This document shows positions 36,607 through 47,627 of a DNA stretch of 64,000 bases, piece by piece. Numbering within the stretch: position 1 is the stretch's first letter; each line of letters begins with the position of its first letter. The position numbers and the translations under genes were made by a program. The DNA comes from Candidatus Tayloriibacteriota bacterium (lineage in GTDB: Bacteria; Patescibacteriota; Minisyncoccia; Phycocordibacterales; PALSA-1337), in assembly GCA_943350765.1 (NCBI GenBank), contig CALRAJ010000003.1:65456-129455 (forward strand), in the 5' to 3' direction. The notes beneath the pieces are model-generated. The model worked only from the letters and a program-made list of their open reading frames with translations, did no database searches and had not been told where the DNA came from.

Positions 36607-36990
36607 TCACACACTTGGTGATGTAGAACTCGCCACACCTTCTTTCCTTACCAGCTCTAGTCTCTTGACCACCTCCCGTCCAAATCGATCTTTTGCCCGT
36701 ATTGTAAGTACGGTATAGCCTGGAGCAAGGAGTAATTTTTCCGAAAAACGCCCAGACTGATCTATAAAAATAGGGCGGTCATTGAAGCTGATAGAGTTTA
36801 TCTTTTTTGTTGTACCCTGAATAAGTACCAAGGAACCTACTACGACAGAGCCGTTTTCAGGAGATTCGATGTTTACTTGTGGTCCTAAAATTAGGTCGCG
36901 AGAGGCAAAAAAAGCGTAAGTAACAATAGTTATCACTGCTATACTGATAATAAACCACTTAAGAATAAATTTTGTTGCTCTTCTTTCCAT
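36607..36990 (-). CDS. hypothetical membrane-anchored protein
   Basis: N-terminal TM helix. Confidence 0.35.
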   Translation of the reverse strand: MERRATKFILKWFIISIAVITIVTYAFFASRDLILGPQVNIESPENGSVVVGSLVLIQGTTKKINSISFNDRPIFIDQSGRFSEKLLLAPGYTVLTIRAKDRFGREVVKRLELVRKEGVASSTSPSV

Positions 36991-37002
36991 ACATAGTGGT
37001 TA

Positions 37003-39267
37003 TTATTTTGAAAGTATGTCTTCTGTTGCGACATGGTCCCCTTGGGGTGCAGGGTCGCCCGACATAGCTGATGGATCACCTATCGCTTGCAGTACCTCCC
37101 TAGGCTTTGCCCCATCTCCTGGTCCTATTACACCTCTTTCCTCCAGCATATCGACAAGTCTGGCGGCTCTAGCATATCCCACCCTCAGTTTCCTTTGGAT
37201 ATATGAAGTCGAGGCCTTGCCCGCCTCTAGTACTACTCTGCGAGCCTCGTCATACATATCATCATCGTCATCTAGACTTTCACTATCTAGATTACTATCA
37301 AAAAGCACATTTTTATCGTTTTCTGCTGTGGCGAGATTTATTTCGTGAGGGATCTCGTTCTCGTATGTCTCGGCTAGGTACTTTACCACGCGTTTTAGCT
37401 CTACTTCAGAGATATAAGAGGACTGGATTCTTTGTGGTTTGGACATTTCCCCACCGAGATAGAGCATATCTCCAGCACCTAGAAGCTTTTCCGCTCCACC
37501 AGTATCTAGGATAGTCCGAGAGTCTATCTGAGATGATACCTGTAGAGCTAGCCGAGACGGCACATTGGCTTTGATTAGTCCTGTGATGACATTTACCGAT
37601 GGTCGTTGGGTAGATAACATGAGGTGAATACCGATAGCACGACTCATTTGGGCTAGTCGGACGATAGCACTTTCGAGTTCCCTGGGAAAAGTTTGCATAA
37701 TATCCGCCAGCTCGTCTATGACTACTACTATATACGGCATAGTTTCTGGTATTTCGGCTGCTGTAGGGGGTGTATCCGTCTGGTTTTCAGAAAGTTTTTT
37801 CAGGGCAGGGGTGAGTATGTTTTTATGGTACGACTCAATATCTCGTACAGAGTGGGACTCTAGGATGTCGTATCGGCGATCCATCTCTTTTGCTGCCCAT
37901 TTTAAAGCCAGGATGGCTTTTTTAGCATCGGTTATGACGGGTGTGAGTAGATGGGGTATTTTATTGTACAAAGTGAGCTCGACGCGTTTTGGGTCGATCA
38001 TGATAAATTTGAGATTGGCTGGGGAGTTTCTAAAGAGTAGGGAAGTGATGATCGAGTGAATAGTCACAGATTTACCCGAGCCAGTGGCACCTGCGATAAG
38101 GAGGTGTGGCATCTTGGCTAGGTTTGCAAAGTGTGATTTTCCAGAAATGCCTTTACCTAGGGAAATGAGTAGTGGCTTTTCAGACTGCTGGTATTCTTCT
38201 GAGGCGAGAATAGTGCCGAGTCCGACAGTGGTTTTGGTGCTGTTTGGTATTTCGATACCCACAAGTGATTTGCCAGGGATGGGTGCCTCGATACGGATAG
38301 GGTGAGCTGCCAGAGCTAGGGCAAGGTCATTGTTGAGAGATATTATTTTAGAAAGTTTTACACCCTCAGCTGGCTTTAGGGAATAGCGTGTTACCGAAGG
38401 TCCGATAGATATTTCGTCCATCTCCACATCAATGCCAAAGTTCATCAGTGTTCGCTTTATAATGTTTGCGTTTGCTTTTATGTCTCCTACTTCTGGTTTA
38501 CCTCTGTCTCGTTCGAGTAGGGAAAGTGGTGGGGGAGTGAAAGTGGTGTTTGAATACGACAGTCTGGAGCCAATAGAAAACTCACTCTCGTCCTTACCCA
38601 GATTGACCAGCTCCTTTGCACGAGTTGGTTTTTTGTCTTCCTTTTTTTCTGCGAGAGCGGGTTCCTCTTTCGGTAGGATTATTTTTGTTTCGGTTACTGG
38701 TTCATACTCCTTTTTCCCATCAGTTTCTTTTGACAGAGTCTTTTTATCCTCCGAAGCTTTGTTTTTGGAGAGCTTTCTCCAGAAAAAAAGATACTCTATA
38801 TTGAGCCGAGTATCGAGTGTTACTAGTACCGATATGATAAGGAGTGCTACTAGGAAAATCCCACTCGCAGGCTTTTCAAAAAGACTGATCAGTGGGGCAG
38901 AGATATAATGACCAATAGACCCTCCTTTACCAGCACTCGCGAGGTCGATAAGACCGAGCCCAGAGATTAAAAATAGAATGGATCCAATGATGCGTAGTAG
39001 ATCAAACTTTCTTTCTAGGCTTTCAAAAAATGAAACACCAAGCATGGTAAAAAGAGCCGGGAAAAGATAGTAGCCTAGACCAAATAATCTTGAGAGATGT
39101 GTGTATACATAGTTTCCAACATGACCTGATTTTCCAAAAGCCGCTAGTATAAAAAGAATAGCAAATACAAAAAATATAATTGCGTAAATCCCTTGCAGCG
39201 TTTCATCTTTTAATTTTTTAAAAACACTCACTCCATCAGAATCTTTTTTATTCTTTTTTGTACCCAT
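37003..39267 (-). CDS. ftsK: DNA translocase FtsK/SpoIIIE
   Basis: N-terminal TM segments, IAGATGSGKSV Walker A, C-terminal gamma winged helix YDEARRVVLEAGKASTSYIQRKLRVGYARAARLVD. Confidence 0.85.
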   Translation of the reverse strand: MGTKKNKKDSDGVSVFKKLKDETLQGIYAIIFFVFAILFILAAFGKSGHVGNYVYTHLSRLFGLGYYLFPALFTMLGVSFFESLERKFDLLRIIGSILFLISGLGLIDLASAGKGGSIGHYISAPLISLFEKPASGIFLVALLIISVLVTLDTRLNIEYLFFWRKLSKNKASEDKKTLSKETDGKKEYEPVTETKIILPKEEPALAEKKEDKKPTRAKELVNLGKDESEFSIGSRLSYSNTTFTPPPLSLLERDRGKPEVGDIKANANIIKRTLMNFGIDVEMDEISIGPSVTRYSLKPAEGVKLSKIISLNNDLALALAAHPIRIEAPIPGKSLVGIEIPNSTKTTVGLGTILASEEYQQSEKPLLISLGKGISGKSHFANLAKMPHLLIAGATGSGKSVTIHSIITSLLFRNSPANLKFIMIDPKRVELTLYNKIPHLLTPVITDAKKAILALKWAAKEMDRRYDILESHSVRDIESYHKNILTPALKKLSENQTDTPPTAAEIPETMPYIVVVIDELADIMQTFPRELESAIVRLAQMSRAIGIHLMLSTQRPSVNVITGLIKANVPSRLALQVSSQIDSRTILDTGGAEKLLGAGDMLYLGGEMSKPQRIQSSYISEVELKRVVKYLAETYENEIPHEINLATAENDKNVLFDSNLDSESLDDDDDMYDEARRVVLEAGKASTSYIQRKLRVGYARAARLVDMLEERGVIGPGDGAKPREVLQAIGDPSAMSGDPAPQGDHVATEDILSK

Positions 39268-39559
39268 AAAATTATTATTTTGTTTCTATAGTATACCGTA
39301 TATTTGGAATAATGTATCTGTGTAAATTGTTTACTTTGTCCTTCGACACGCCACAGTCTATTTAGAAAGGCTGTACTCTACTCGCAGACTTGCTTTTTAC
39401 TTATGTCCGATATATCATGGACATAAAGTAAGTTCTAAAAGATTTAGTTTATAAGAGACAAATAAGTATAGGACTATACGCTGGCTGTATCAGACATAAG
39501 TACTGTGGTACCATACATACCCCATACATTTATAGCTAGATCAATAAAGCTTTAAAACA

Positions 39560-40414
39560 ATGATATTATCAAACAATACAGAACAAAATAATCAAACTAG
39601 TGAGATAAAAGACATAGCAATCTTTAAGGATAAAAGATTCTGTCTTTTTGTTTACAAAAAGACAGGCAGACTGTCTGCTGGTGTGTATGTAGTAACCAAT
39701 CTCCTATCGGACAGTGAGCCATTAAAATGGGAACTCAGAAAGTGTACACAAAAGCTCGTTACTAGCTCGACAGACGAAAGACTTTTTCACACATCATCTT
39801 TGCATACAGTGGTTACTACTTTACATACTCATTCGCTCGCGATACTTTCTCTTCTTGAGGTGGCATTCTACGCAGGACTGATAACTGAGATGAACTATTC
39901 AATACTTAGGCAAGAATTTATGATTTTTATTTCCTCAATCGAAGAAAAGCTCGATGGCTTTTATGGGACTGTTGATGTACTCGATTCTCGTTTCTTTGAA
40001 CTTGGAAAAGAGTATCGACTTTCAAGGAATGATTTTGATCGAGAGAATAAGTCCAGAAGCAATGAGCGGTTACAATATGCGTCTAAAGGACAGCATATAG
40101 GACAGAAGAAAGATAAGGATTTTAATATTACATCAAATCAAAATAGTGACCCCAAAGCCCTATCTATATCTAAAGGACAGACTAACACGGCTGAACAAAA
40201 GAAATATCTAAAAAACTCAAGAAAGGAAAGTATTTTGAATCTTTTAAAAAACAAAGAATCATTGACCATTAGAGACTTTTCAAACAACATAAAGGACTGT
40301 AGTGAAAAGACTATCCAGAGAGAGTTACTCAGTCTGGTTACTTTGGGTGTCCTAAAGAAGGAGGGTGAAAGGCGTTGGAGCAGGTATGCAGTGGCGACAA
40401 ATATTATAGAGTAA
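39560..40414 (+). CDS. hypothetical protein with C-terminal winged-helix-like domain
   Basis: C-terminus TIRDFSNNIKDCSEKTIQRELLSLVTLGVLKKEGERRWSRYAV. Confidence 0.4.
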   Translation: MILSNNTEQNNQTSEIKDIAIFKDKRFCLFVYKKTGRLSAGVYVVTNLLSDSEPLKWELRKCTQKLVTSSTDERLFHTSSLHTVVTTLHTHSLAILSLLEVAFYAGLITEMNYSILRQEFMIFISSIEEKLDGFYGTVDVLDSRFFELGKEYRLSRNDFDRENKSRSNERLQYASKGQHIGQKKDKDFNITSNQNSDPKALSISKGQTNTAEQKKYLKNSRKESILNLLKNKESLTIRDFSNNIKDCSEKTIQRELLSLVTLGVLKKEGERRWSRYAVATNIIE

Positions 40415-40419
40415 GTGCT

Positions 40420-40557
40420 CAAATTACGAAATGCGTTGAAGGCGTATCTTTTTGAAAGACTTCGGAGACGGGCAGTCGAGACTTGAGAGATTTTCTACCA
40501 AGAAAATACTCGTGCTTTCAAAAAGATATGCCGAGAAAGCATTTCGTAATTTGGGGA
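40420..40557 (-). repeat. MITE-like structured repeat, family F1 copy C (inverted orientation)
   Basis: Terminal inverted repeats caaattacgaaatgc...gcatttcgtaatttg flank the conserved core. Confidence 0.6.
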
Positions 40558-40636
40558 ATATACCACCTATAGACGCTATTTCGTAATAGGGTGTACCTAC
40601 CTAAACATGCTTTACTCAGCCTCCCCACTTTTTTCC

Positions 40637-40665
40637 TTGACTTTTGCATTTGTAGGGTATACTAT
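40637..40665 (+). promoter_or_regulatory. candidate sigma70-like promoter
   Basis: TTGACT, a 17-nt spacer, then TACTAT. It sits about 450 nt upstream of 41113, which implies a long leader. Confidence 0.3.
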
Positions 40666-41112
40666 TGTCTAGTGGCTAATTTTAGCCCTATACCATATTT
40701 AGTATGGTAGCCAGCATCCTTTTTATTACGCTAAAAGTGCGTATGTTTAGGTGTTCAGGCTTAGTTATCCACATATGCCGTTTTGCAGTAGTTTGGGTAA
40801 GGATATATAATATCCTGAGGTCAGCTAAATAGCTTTTTTGCTACGCTGATTTATTACCGAGAAGCTACTGAAAAGAATCAGAACTTTGACAACAAAATAG
40901 CTCGCATTTAAAAGTTTTCCGAAACTCCTTTTTCAGTTATGTCTGCACGGCTTTTTCAGACACCATTTATCAACTACCTTCAGAGGCTTGAGTCGATACT
41001 ATAAGTCCTGAGGGATAGTAGTGTAGAAGTTTACGATAGTTTCTGTTCCCATTATTAGATTATTAGTAACCACGAAGCAGAGACTGTTTACATTATTAGA
41101 AATAAAAAAATT

Positions 41113-44100
41113 ATGAATTCATCAATATCTAAAACAAAGAAATTTGTTGCAGGATTTGTTGGAGGTGTGATTGCACTTAGCTTGGTTCTTGGAGCAGCTG
41201 CTCCAGCTCAGGCTTATACGATCGCAGAGCTCACAGCACTTATTGCACAATTACAAGCACAGCTAAACACAGCAGGTACTACATCAGTACCAGGAAATTA
41301 CACTTTTGCTCGAAGCCTCACAGTAGGTGCTACGGGTACAGATGTAAAGAACCTTCAGATCTTGCTCAACTCAAACCCAGCTACACGAGTGTCGGTTTCA
41401 GGAGCAGGTTCTCCAGGTAACGAAACTTCATACTTCGGTCCTGCAACACGGGCTGCAGTTATCAAGTTCCAAGTATTAAATAGTATTACACCAGCAGTTG
41501 GATATTTTGGTCCAAAGACTCGAGCAGCCGCTGAGCTCATTTCTACAGGTCCAGTAGTAGTTGTTCCACCAGGAACAGTTATTCCTCCAGTTATTGTTCC
41601 AACAGGTTCAGGACTACGAGTTAGTCTTGCAGCCGATTCTGCTAACACAGCATTGGTAGCAGGTCAGGCTATTGGTGAGCTTGGTAAGTTTACTTTTGTA
41701 AACCCAACAGCTTCTTCAATCACAATCACCAACCTCGCTTTCAAGCGAACAGGTGCTTCGTCTGACTCTACTCTTTCAAACATTTACCTCTATCAGGGTG
41801 CAAATCGTTTGACTGATGCAGCAGGTCTTAGTAACAGTGCTTTCAACTTCAATAGTAGTGCAGGTCTCGTAACTATCCCAGCAGGTTCATCAGTTTCAGT
41901 ATCAGTTCGTGCTGATATTGCAGCGGGTACCTCAGGACAGTTGGTAGGTGTACAGCTTGTATCAGTAGGCTCAAACGGCTCACTAGAATCAAGTGTAGTA
42001 TTCCCAATCAATAGTTATCAGCAGACAATCTCATCTGCTACTATCGGAACAGCAGCGTTCACATACACTGGTCCAACAAGCGCAAGTGAGAATCCAACAA
42101 GTGATGTTCGAGTGTTCGAATCATCTGTTGTTATATCAACACACGCAGCTAGACTTGAGTCTATCGCGTTTGAGAACCGAGGTTCATCAAATGACGCTGA
42201 CTTCACCAACTTCCGACTCTTTGTAGACGGAGTACAAGTAGGTAACACAGTTGCATCTCTCGTAAATGATCGAGCAACATTTGACCTTTCTGCAAACCCA
42301 CTTCGACTTGAGACAGGTACACGAATCTTCAAGGTACTTGCAAACATCATCGGTGGATCTGGTGAGACATACGATATCCAAGTTCGACGAACAGCAGATG
42401 TACGAATCGTTGATGCAGAAATCGGACAGCCTATCCTAGCGACAGACGCTGGTGGTAGCTTCCCAGTATCTGCTGCAGCAGCAAACACAGTTTCTGCTGC
42501 TAGTCTTTCAGTTACTCGAGCTGCAAACTCACCTTCAACAAACATTTCAGTGGGTGCAACAAATGTTAAGCTCGCTTCATTCGAATTCCGAGCATCTGGT
42601 GAGAATGTAAAGATCGAAACTATCACAGTTGATGCTGATTCATCACTTCAGACAACAGGTGGTTTTGACAACGGTAAAGTATTCCTAAACGGAGTACAGG
42701 TAGGTTCTACTCTTGATATCTCTTCTTCAGGTACAGACTTTGACTTTGGCTCATCTTTCATCCTCCAGCAGGGTCAGGTGGCTGTTGTTGATATCTATGC
42801 AGATGCAAAGACTTCAACTAGTACAAACTACGCAGACAGTACTACACTTGATGTAGGTGTTTCAGTAGTAGCTGCCGACACCGAAGGTGTTGATTCAGGA
42901 GACTCTGTATCAGATATCTCAGAAGTTGAAGGCTTTACTCGAACAGTTAGTGCGGCGTCAGTAACACTCACAAAGTTCTCTGGTTACGGTAACCAGACTA
43001 TGATTGCTGGTACTAACAATGCAAAGCTTGGTGCATTTACACTTTCAGCAGGTTCTACCGAAGGTGTCAACATCAACACATTGACAGTTACTCTTTCTTC
43101 AGACGAATCAGCATCTATCACTGACCTTGTACTCAAGGATAGTGTTACTGGTACTGTACTCGCTACAGCAAAGCCAACCCCTTCAACAAGTAACTCATAC
43201 TCTGTAAACTTTGTTGTTCCTATGAGTTCAACAAAGACCATTGACCTATTTGGTAATATCAAATCAGGTGCAAACTCAGGTGCATGGATTGCTGCTGTTG
43301 ACGGATCAGGTACAGGTGCTAGTACTGCCACTTCAGTAACATTGTCTAGTGCAAACCTCCAGACTATCACAGTTGGATCAGGCACACTCACTGTTGCCGT
43401 AAATACTGGTAGTACTCCAGACACAAAGACAGTGGTGGCAGGTTCTACAATGCAGAAAGTTGGTTCATTCCGATTTACTGCACAGAACTCACCTTTCACT
43501 GTTCAGGAAGTAAAGGTTAAGGTTCCTGCAAACGCAGCGACATCAGTTTCAAATGTTGTACTCAAGTACAAGGATGCTTCTGGTGCAGAACAGACTGCTT
43601 CTCAGGCACTTACACTTTCTTCAGGTGCTCAGACTTATGCAACAGCTACATACACAGGTCTATCAGCTTTTGTTCCACAGAACACTGATCGAGATATCGA
43701 TGTATATGTAGATGTTTCTACTATCGAGTCTGGTGCAAGTACAGGTGCCGCTGTGACAGTTACTCTTGACGCTAACGAAGGCTTCAAGGCTATTGACTCA
43801 GCTGGTACTTCAGATACCTCACTTAATGCTTCTGATCTAGGATCAGCAGACACAAGTGGAAAAGGTACTCTATATGTACGAAAGTCAGTTCCTACACTTG
43901 AGGCAGTTGCTCTTGACTCAACCACACTTTTGGCTGGTTCAAACGTAGCTATTGGCCGAGTAAAGATAACTGCAAATAGCTCAGGAGACATTGGTTGGAA
44001 GAAACTTTCTTTCACTGTAAACAAGACAGCGGCTATCACTCTTGGTGCAACCACCACGATGAAGCTTTACAACCTTGCTTCAAACACTGAAATTGCTGGT

Positions 44101-44493
44101 ACATTTGGAACAACTACAGGCGCACTTCTTGGAGGTCTTGATTCACTTCAAAACTCTACAAGTGGTAACCTAACATTCGTTGCTACAAGTGAAGAGCAGA
44201 TCGCTATGGGTTCATCTATCACTTACGAACTTCGAACAACTGTTGGAGGTCTCGCATCTGGTAGTAACTCAGTGAGTGTAAGTATTGCTAACCCATCGAC
44301 ATCAATCTCAACTGACACAGCGTCAGCAGTTGGTATCACGGTAGCATCTACTCCATCATTCACATGGACAGATCGATCAGCTTCAGCAGTTTCAGGAGGC
44401 ACTGTACACAGCGAGTCTACGTCTGATTGGACAAATGACTATCTTGTGAAGACTCTCCCTCTAACAGTAGGAAGCAAGTCAAACAACTTCTAA
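41113..44493 (+). CDS. large secreted surface protein: signal peptide, peptidoglycan-binding-like domain, long Ser/Thr/Ala-rich repetitive region
   Basis: Signal peptide VAGFVGGVIALSLVLGAAAPAQA. PG_binding_1-like segment YFGPATRAAVIKFQ. About 950 aa of low complexity follow. Confidence 0.55.
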   Translation: MNSSISKTKKFVAGFVGGVIALSLVLGAAAPAQAYTIAELTALIAQLQAQLNTAGTTSVPGNYTFARSLTVGATGTDVKNLQILLNSNPATRVSVSGAGSPGNETSYFGPATRAAVIKFQVLNSITPAVGYFGPKTRAAAELISTGPVVVVPPGTVIPPVIVPTGSGLRVSLAADSANTALVAGQAIGELGKFTFVNPTASSITITNLAFKRTGASSDSTLSNIYLYQGANRLTDAAGLSNSAFNFNSSAGLVTIPAGSSVSVSVRADIAAGTSGQLVGVQLVSVGSNGSLESSVVFPINSYQQTISSATIGTAAFTYTGPTSASENPTSDVRVFESSVVISTHAARLESIAFENRGSSNDADFTNFRLFVDGVQVGNTVASLVNDRATFDLSANPLRLETGTRIFKVLANIIGGSGETYDIQVRRTADVRIVDAEIGQPILATDAGGSFPVSAAAANTVSAASLSVTRAANSPSTNISVGATNVKLASFEFRASGENVKIETITVDADSSLQTTGGFDNGKVFLNGVQVGSTLDISSSGTDFDFGSSFILQQGQVAVVDIYADAKTSTSTNYADSTTLDVGVSVVAADTEGVDSGDSVSDISEVEGFTRTVSAASVTLTKFSGYGNQTMIAGTNNAKLGAFTLSAGSTEGVNINTLTVTLSSDESASITDLVLKDSVTGTVLATAKPTPSTSNSYSVNFVVPMSSTKTIDLFGNIKSGANSGAWIAAVDGSGTGASTATSVTLSSANLQTITVGSGTLTVAVNTGSTPDTKTVVAGSTMQKVGSFRFTAQNSPFTVQEVKVKVPANAATSVSNVVLKYKDASGAEQTASQALTLSSGAQTYATATYTGLSAFVPQNTDRDIDVYVDVSTIESGASTGAAVTVTLDANEGFKAIDSAGTSDTSLNASDLGSADTSGKGTLYVRKSVPTLEAVALDSTTLLAGSNVAIGRVKITANSSGDIGWKKLSFTVNKTAAITLGATTTMKLYNLASNTEIAGTFGTTTGALLGGLDSLQNSTSGNLTFVATSEEQIAMGSSITYELRTTVGGLASGSNSVSVSIANPSTSISTDTASAVGITVASTPSFTWTDRSASAVSGGTVHSESTSDWTNDYLVKTLPLTVGSKSNNF

Positions 44494-44603
44494 CTCTCGC
44501 GAGTTTTGAAGACAGGTTTACGAAGCATCGCTTCGCATACCTCTAGTCGAGAATTTAGCTCGACATGAGCGAACGCTTTGGGTAACCAAAGTCTAGCTCA
44601 GCA

Positions 44604-44634
44604 AAAAAACCACCCACCCGGGTGGTTTTTTTGC
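44604..44634 (+). terminator. rho-independent terminator aaaaaaccacccacccggguggttttttt
   Basis: Hairpin followed by a T-tract. Confidence 0.6.
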
Positions 44635-44682
44635 GTCTCTGTGTTACACTTTCATGCATGATGGGATATATGTACTCGGCCC

Positions 44683-44733
44683 CATTCTCCCTTTGTAAAG
44701 GGAGCAGGCTCCAGGCCGAGGGATTTTAAATAC
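44683..44733 (+). repeat. about 50-nt module shared with a 23S rRNA insertion (60978-61030)
   Basis: ttctccctttgtaaagggagcaggctccaggccgagggatttt compared with ttctccctttttaaagggagcaggctccatgccgagggattt. Confidence 0.5.
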
Positions 44734-44808
44734 TCCGTCTGTAGTACCAGCAACCTCCTTTAGAAAAGGAGGAATAAATGCTAGTGACTTGACCAAAAAC
44801 CTTCATAT

Positions 44809-47031
44809 ATGAAAACATTCAACGACAGTCTCGCTAAGATTTTCAAATGGCTACTACTTTTGCCCGCCTTTATACCACTTCTCTATATAGACGGCATGCT
44901 TTATCCGTACCTTGCTCCAAAGACCTTTATCTTTCGGGCAGTAGGGATTCTGGCAACAGCACTATTTGTATATCTCAGTGCCTCTGGTTACCCATTTTAT
45001 TTTAAAAGGCTAAAGAATAAACTTTCATGGCTTCCTGCCGGATTGCTCGTAGTAGCGTATGCCACATCTCTTGCCGGAGTGAATTTCTATCATAGTTTTT
45101 GGTCTACTTTTGACCGTGGGGATGGTCTTCTAACCATATCGATTGTCGTTATTTTTTTCTACCTTATTTTACTTTACGCGGGAAAAGATTTTTTGAATAG
45201 GTTTTTAAAACTTACTGCTTTTGTTGGAAGCTTGGTCGCGGTACATGCATTTTTGCAATGGATCGAGATTGTTTCGGGGGTCAATCTCCCGTTTATCGAC
45301 TTGACTCGAGGTCGTCTAGGAGGAACTCTCGGTAACGCAGCTTTTCTCGCTTCATATCTCGGTATGACCGCTTTCGCCACTCTTGCTGTCACAAGGACCG
45401 TCCTTGCGAGCATGAAGTGGAAAAAGATTGCCTATGCCTCAACTACTCTGCAGCTCATTATTATTTTTCTGACCGCTACTCGAGGAAGTATTATTTCTCT
45501 CATTGTTATTGGATTTATTTTTCTAGTACATCAATCATGGAAGGGGGGTGGAAGAGTAAAAAATCTATCCAGAACTGCTCTTGCGGGTGTGATTTTGCTA
45601 GGCATTATTTTTATTATATTTCGAGTCCAGCTTTCGCAAAGCTCATTTGAGCCGATACGCCGTGTCGCTTCTATTTCTTTGCAAGACGAAACCGTTTCGA
45701 GTCGACTATTTCTAGCCAAACATCTCGGTGGAGCGGTATTAGATCATCCGCTTGCTGGCTACGGTGCTGAGCATGTTGTCACTGTTTTCAATAGGGAATA
45801 TGACCCGAGTGCTATACTCGAACAGTGGTTTGACCGTTCACACAATGCTTTTATAGATTATTTTTTACAGTATGGCCTCGTCGGTGGATTGCTCTATATT
45901 TTGATCATACTTTCAGGACTGATGTACGCACGACGAATGCATAAAAATGGAGATTCTCGAGGTATATATATCGGTGCTATCGTACTCATCTATGCACTAC
46001 AAAATCTTTTTGTGTTTGATACTGCAGTGACTCTTTGGCTTCTGTTTGTGCTAATTGCTTTGACTATCGCGACGGATGATGACACCTCATCCATTTCATT
46101 TCCGACAAATTCTACAAAAAGTTCTTTGGCAGGCGTGCTGGCAATAGGCATTCTATACCTCATTATTCCTGTTTCTATCCAACCGCTGCGGGCCAATCTT
46201 TTGTTGGCTGACGGCTACCTCTATCACATTGCTGATGTAAAAAGAGCCAATATTTCTATGGAAAAGGGTCTTGCTCTCGGTACATATGCCGACCTAGAAT
46301 ATGGCTATCAGGCATATAGTATGTACACCGACAGGCAGGTAAGTATGCTAAAGGGAGATGAGCGAGTACAAGCGTATCGCTACACGGAAAATTTACTTGA
46401 AAAAAACTTTGCGAAATACCCCTACGATGCTCGCACGGCAGTATATTTTGCCCATGTACTCGAGATCGCTCCACCTGAGATTACACCCAATGAAGATTTG
46501 ATAAATAAAGTGCTTGACCGAGCGATTGAGCTATCCCCACATCGTATTCAGCCGTGGTATTTGCGTGCCAATATTTTCCTGCGAAAGGGTGATACTGCTA
46601 AAAAGCTGTTGGATAAAAAAGCTTGGTATTTGCAAGGGGTAACTGTGATTGAGCAGTATGCAAAACAAGAACCGCGTCTCTCAGAGCCAAGATATATTCT
46701 CGCAAACCTCTATCTGTCTATAGGAGATCGCCTAATAGCTGAGAAGTGGGCGAGTGAAGGGTTGAGCCTATACAAAAACAACGAGGATACAGCTAGGCGA
46801 GCCATGAGATACTATCTGGCGGTAGAGGACTGGATAAACACTGCTCGTTTTATGGAGGATGTGATCTCGGCAAAGCCTGATGACCTCGATACTACCTACG
46901 ACCTTGCCAAGGTGAGCTTTATGGCTGGCAACAAGGCTCGTACTATGGAGCTTGTAGAGTATCTACGGCGTGTCAAACCAGGGCTAGTGGAGACAGACCA
47001 GGCTTTTGTGGAGGCGATATCAAAGCCGTAG
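44809..47031 (+). CDS. O-antigen ligase (Wzy_C)-like polytopic membrane protein with C-terminal TPR repeats
   Basis: About 12 TM helices. SHNAFIDYFLQYGLVGGLLYI matches the Wzy_C signature region. The C-terminal 300 aa look TPR-like. Confidence 0.55.
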   Translation: MKTFNDSLAKIFKWLLLLPAFIPLLYIDGMLYPYLAPKTFIFRAVGILATALFVYLSASGYPFYFKRLKNKLSWLPAGLLVVAYATSLAGVNFYHSFWSTFDRGDGLLTISIVVIFFYLILLYAGKDFLNRFLKLTAFVGSLVAVHAFLQWIEIVSGVNLPFIDLTRGRLGGTLGNAAFLASYLGMTAFATLAVTRTVLASMKWKKIAYASTTLQLIIIFLTATRGSIISLIVIGFIFLVHQSWKGGGRVKNLSRTALAGVILLGIIFIIFRVQLSQSSFEPIRRVASISLQDETVSSRLFLAKHLGGAVLDHPLAGYGAEHVVTVFNREYDPSAILEQWFDRSHNAFIDYFLQYGLVGGLLYILIILSGLMYARRMHKNGDSRGIYIGAIVLIYALQNLFVFDTAVTLWLLFVLIALTIATDDDTSSISFPTNSTKSSLAGVLAIGILYLIIPVSIQPLRANLLLADGYLYHIADVKRANISMEKGLALGTYADLEYGYQAYSMYTDRQVSMLKGDERVQAYRYTENLLEKNFAKYPYDARTAVYFAHVLEIAPPEITPNEDLINKVLDRAIELSPHRIQPWYLRANIFLRKGDTAKKLLDKKAWYLQGVTVIEQYAKQEPRLSEPRYILANLYLSIGDRLIAEKWASEGLSLYKNNEDTARRAMRYYLAVEDWINTARFMEDVISAKPDDLDTTYDLAKVSFMAGNKARTMELVEYLRRVKPGLVETDQAFVEAISKP

Positions 47032-47080
47032 GAAATAAATGATGTATTGACAATGTCATTACATCGTATATACTTGTAGT

Positions 47081-47347
47081 ATGACCACATTACAAATCCG
47101 TATAGACGAGAAGACAAAGAGAAAAGCAAAGAAGACCCTCGAAAGCCTTGGGCTAGACATATCCTCTGGGGTCAAGCTTTTTCTGGAACAAGTGATCACC
47201 ACCCAGTCGATCCCTTTTTCCCCAGTCACGCCTAGTGGGTATAAGCTTCGGCGCGGAAGGGAATATTTAAAGGAGCTTGATGAAATAAAGAAAAATGGTA
47301 AAAGCTTTTCTTCTGTCGATGAAATGTTTGTGGATATTTTAAAGTAA
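47081..47347 (+). CDS. dinJ: DinJ/RelB-family antitoxin
   Basis: IRIDEKTKRKAKKTLESLGLDISSGVKLFLEQV is a RHH fold. Its stop overlaps the start of the toxin gene. Confidence 0.7.
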   Translation: MTTLQIRIDEKTKRKAKKTLESLGLDISSGVKLFLEQVITTQSIPFSPVTPSGYKLRRGREYLKELDEIKKNGKSFSSVDEMFVDILK

Positions 47348-47348
47348 G

Positions 47349-47627
47349 ATGAGATCACTTTCTTACTCAAAAAGATTTAAAAAGTCTCTTAAAAGATATA
47401 TTAGATCAGGAAACTTTAATCTCAATGAGCTTCAAGTTTTAATTCAGAAGGTTTGGCGTGGAGAACGGTTAGAGGAAAGGTATCAAAATCATAAGTTGTC
47501 AGGTGTATTCGAAGGCTACAGCGAGTGTCATATTAGGCCTGATTTGCTTTTAATCTATCATATCGATATGCAAGCGAGCCGATTAACCATTTTTGATATC
47601 GGTAGTCACTCCGAGCTATTTGGGTAG
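47349..47627 (+). CDS. yafQ: YafQ-type (RelE/ParE superfamily) mRNA-interferase toxin
   Basis: YQNHKLSGVFEGYSECHIRPDLLLIYH...GSHSELFG parallels E. coli YafQ (YKDHPLQGSWKGYRDAHVEPDWILIYK...GTHAALFG). Confidence 0.7.
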   Translation: MRSLSYSKRFKKSLKRYIRSGNFNLNELQVLIQKVWRGERLEERYQNHKLSGVFEGYSECHIRPDLLLIYHIDMQASRLTIFDIGSHSELFG

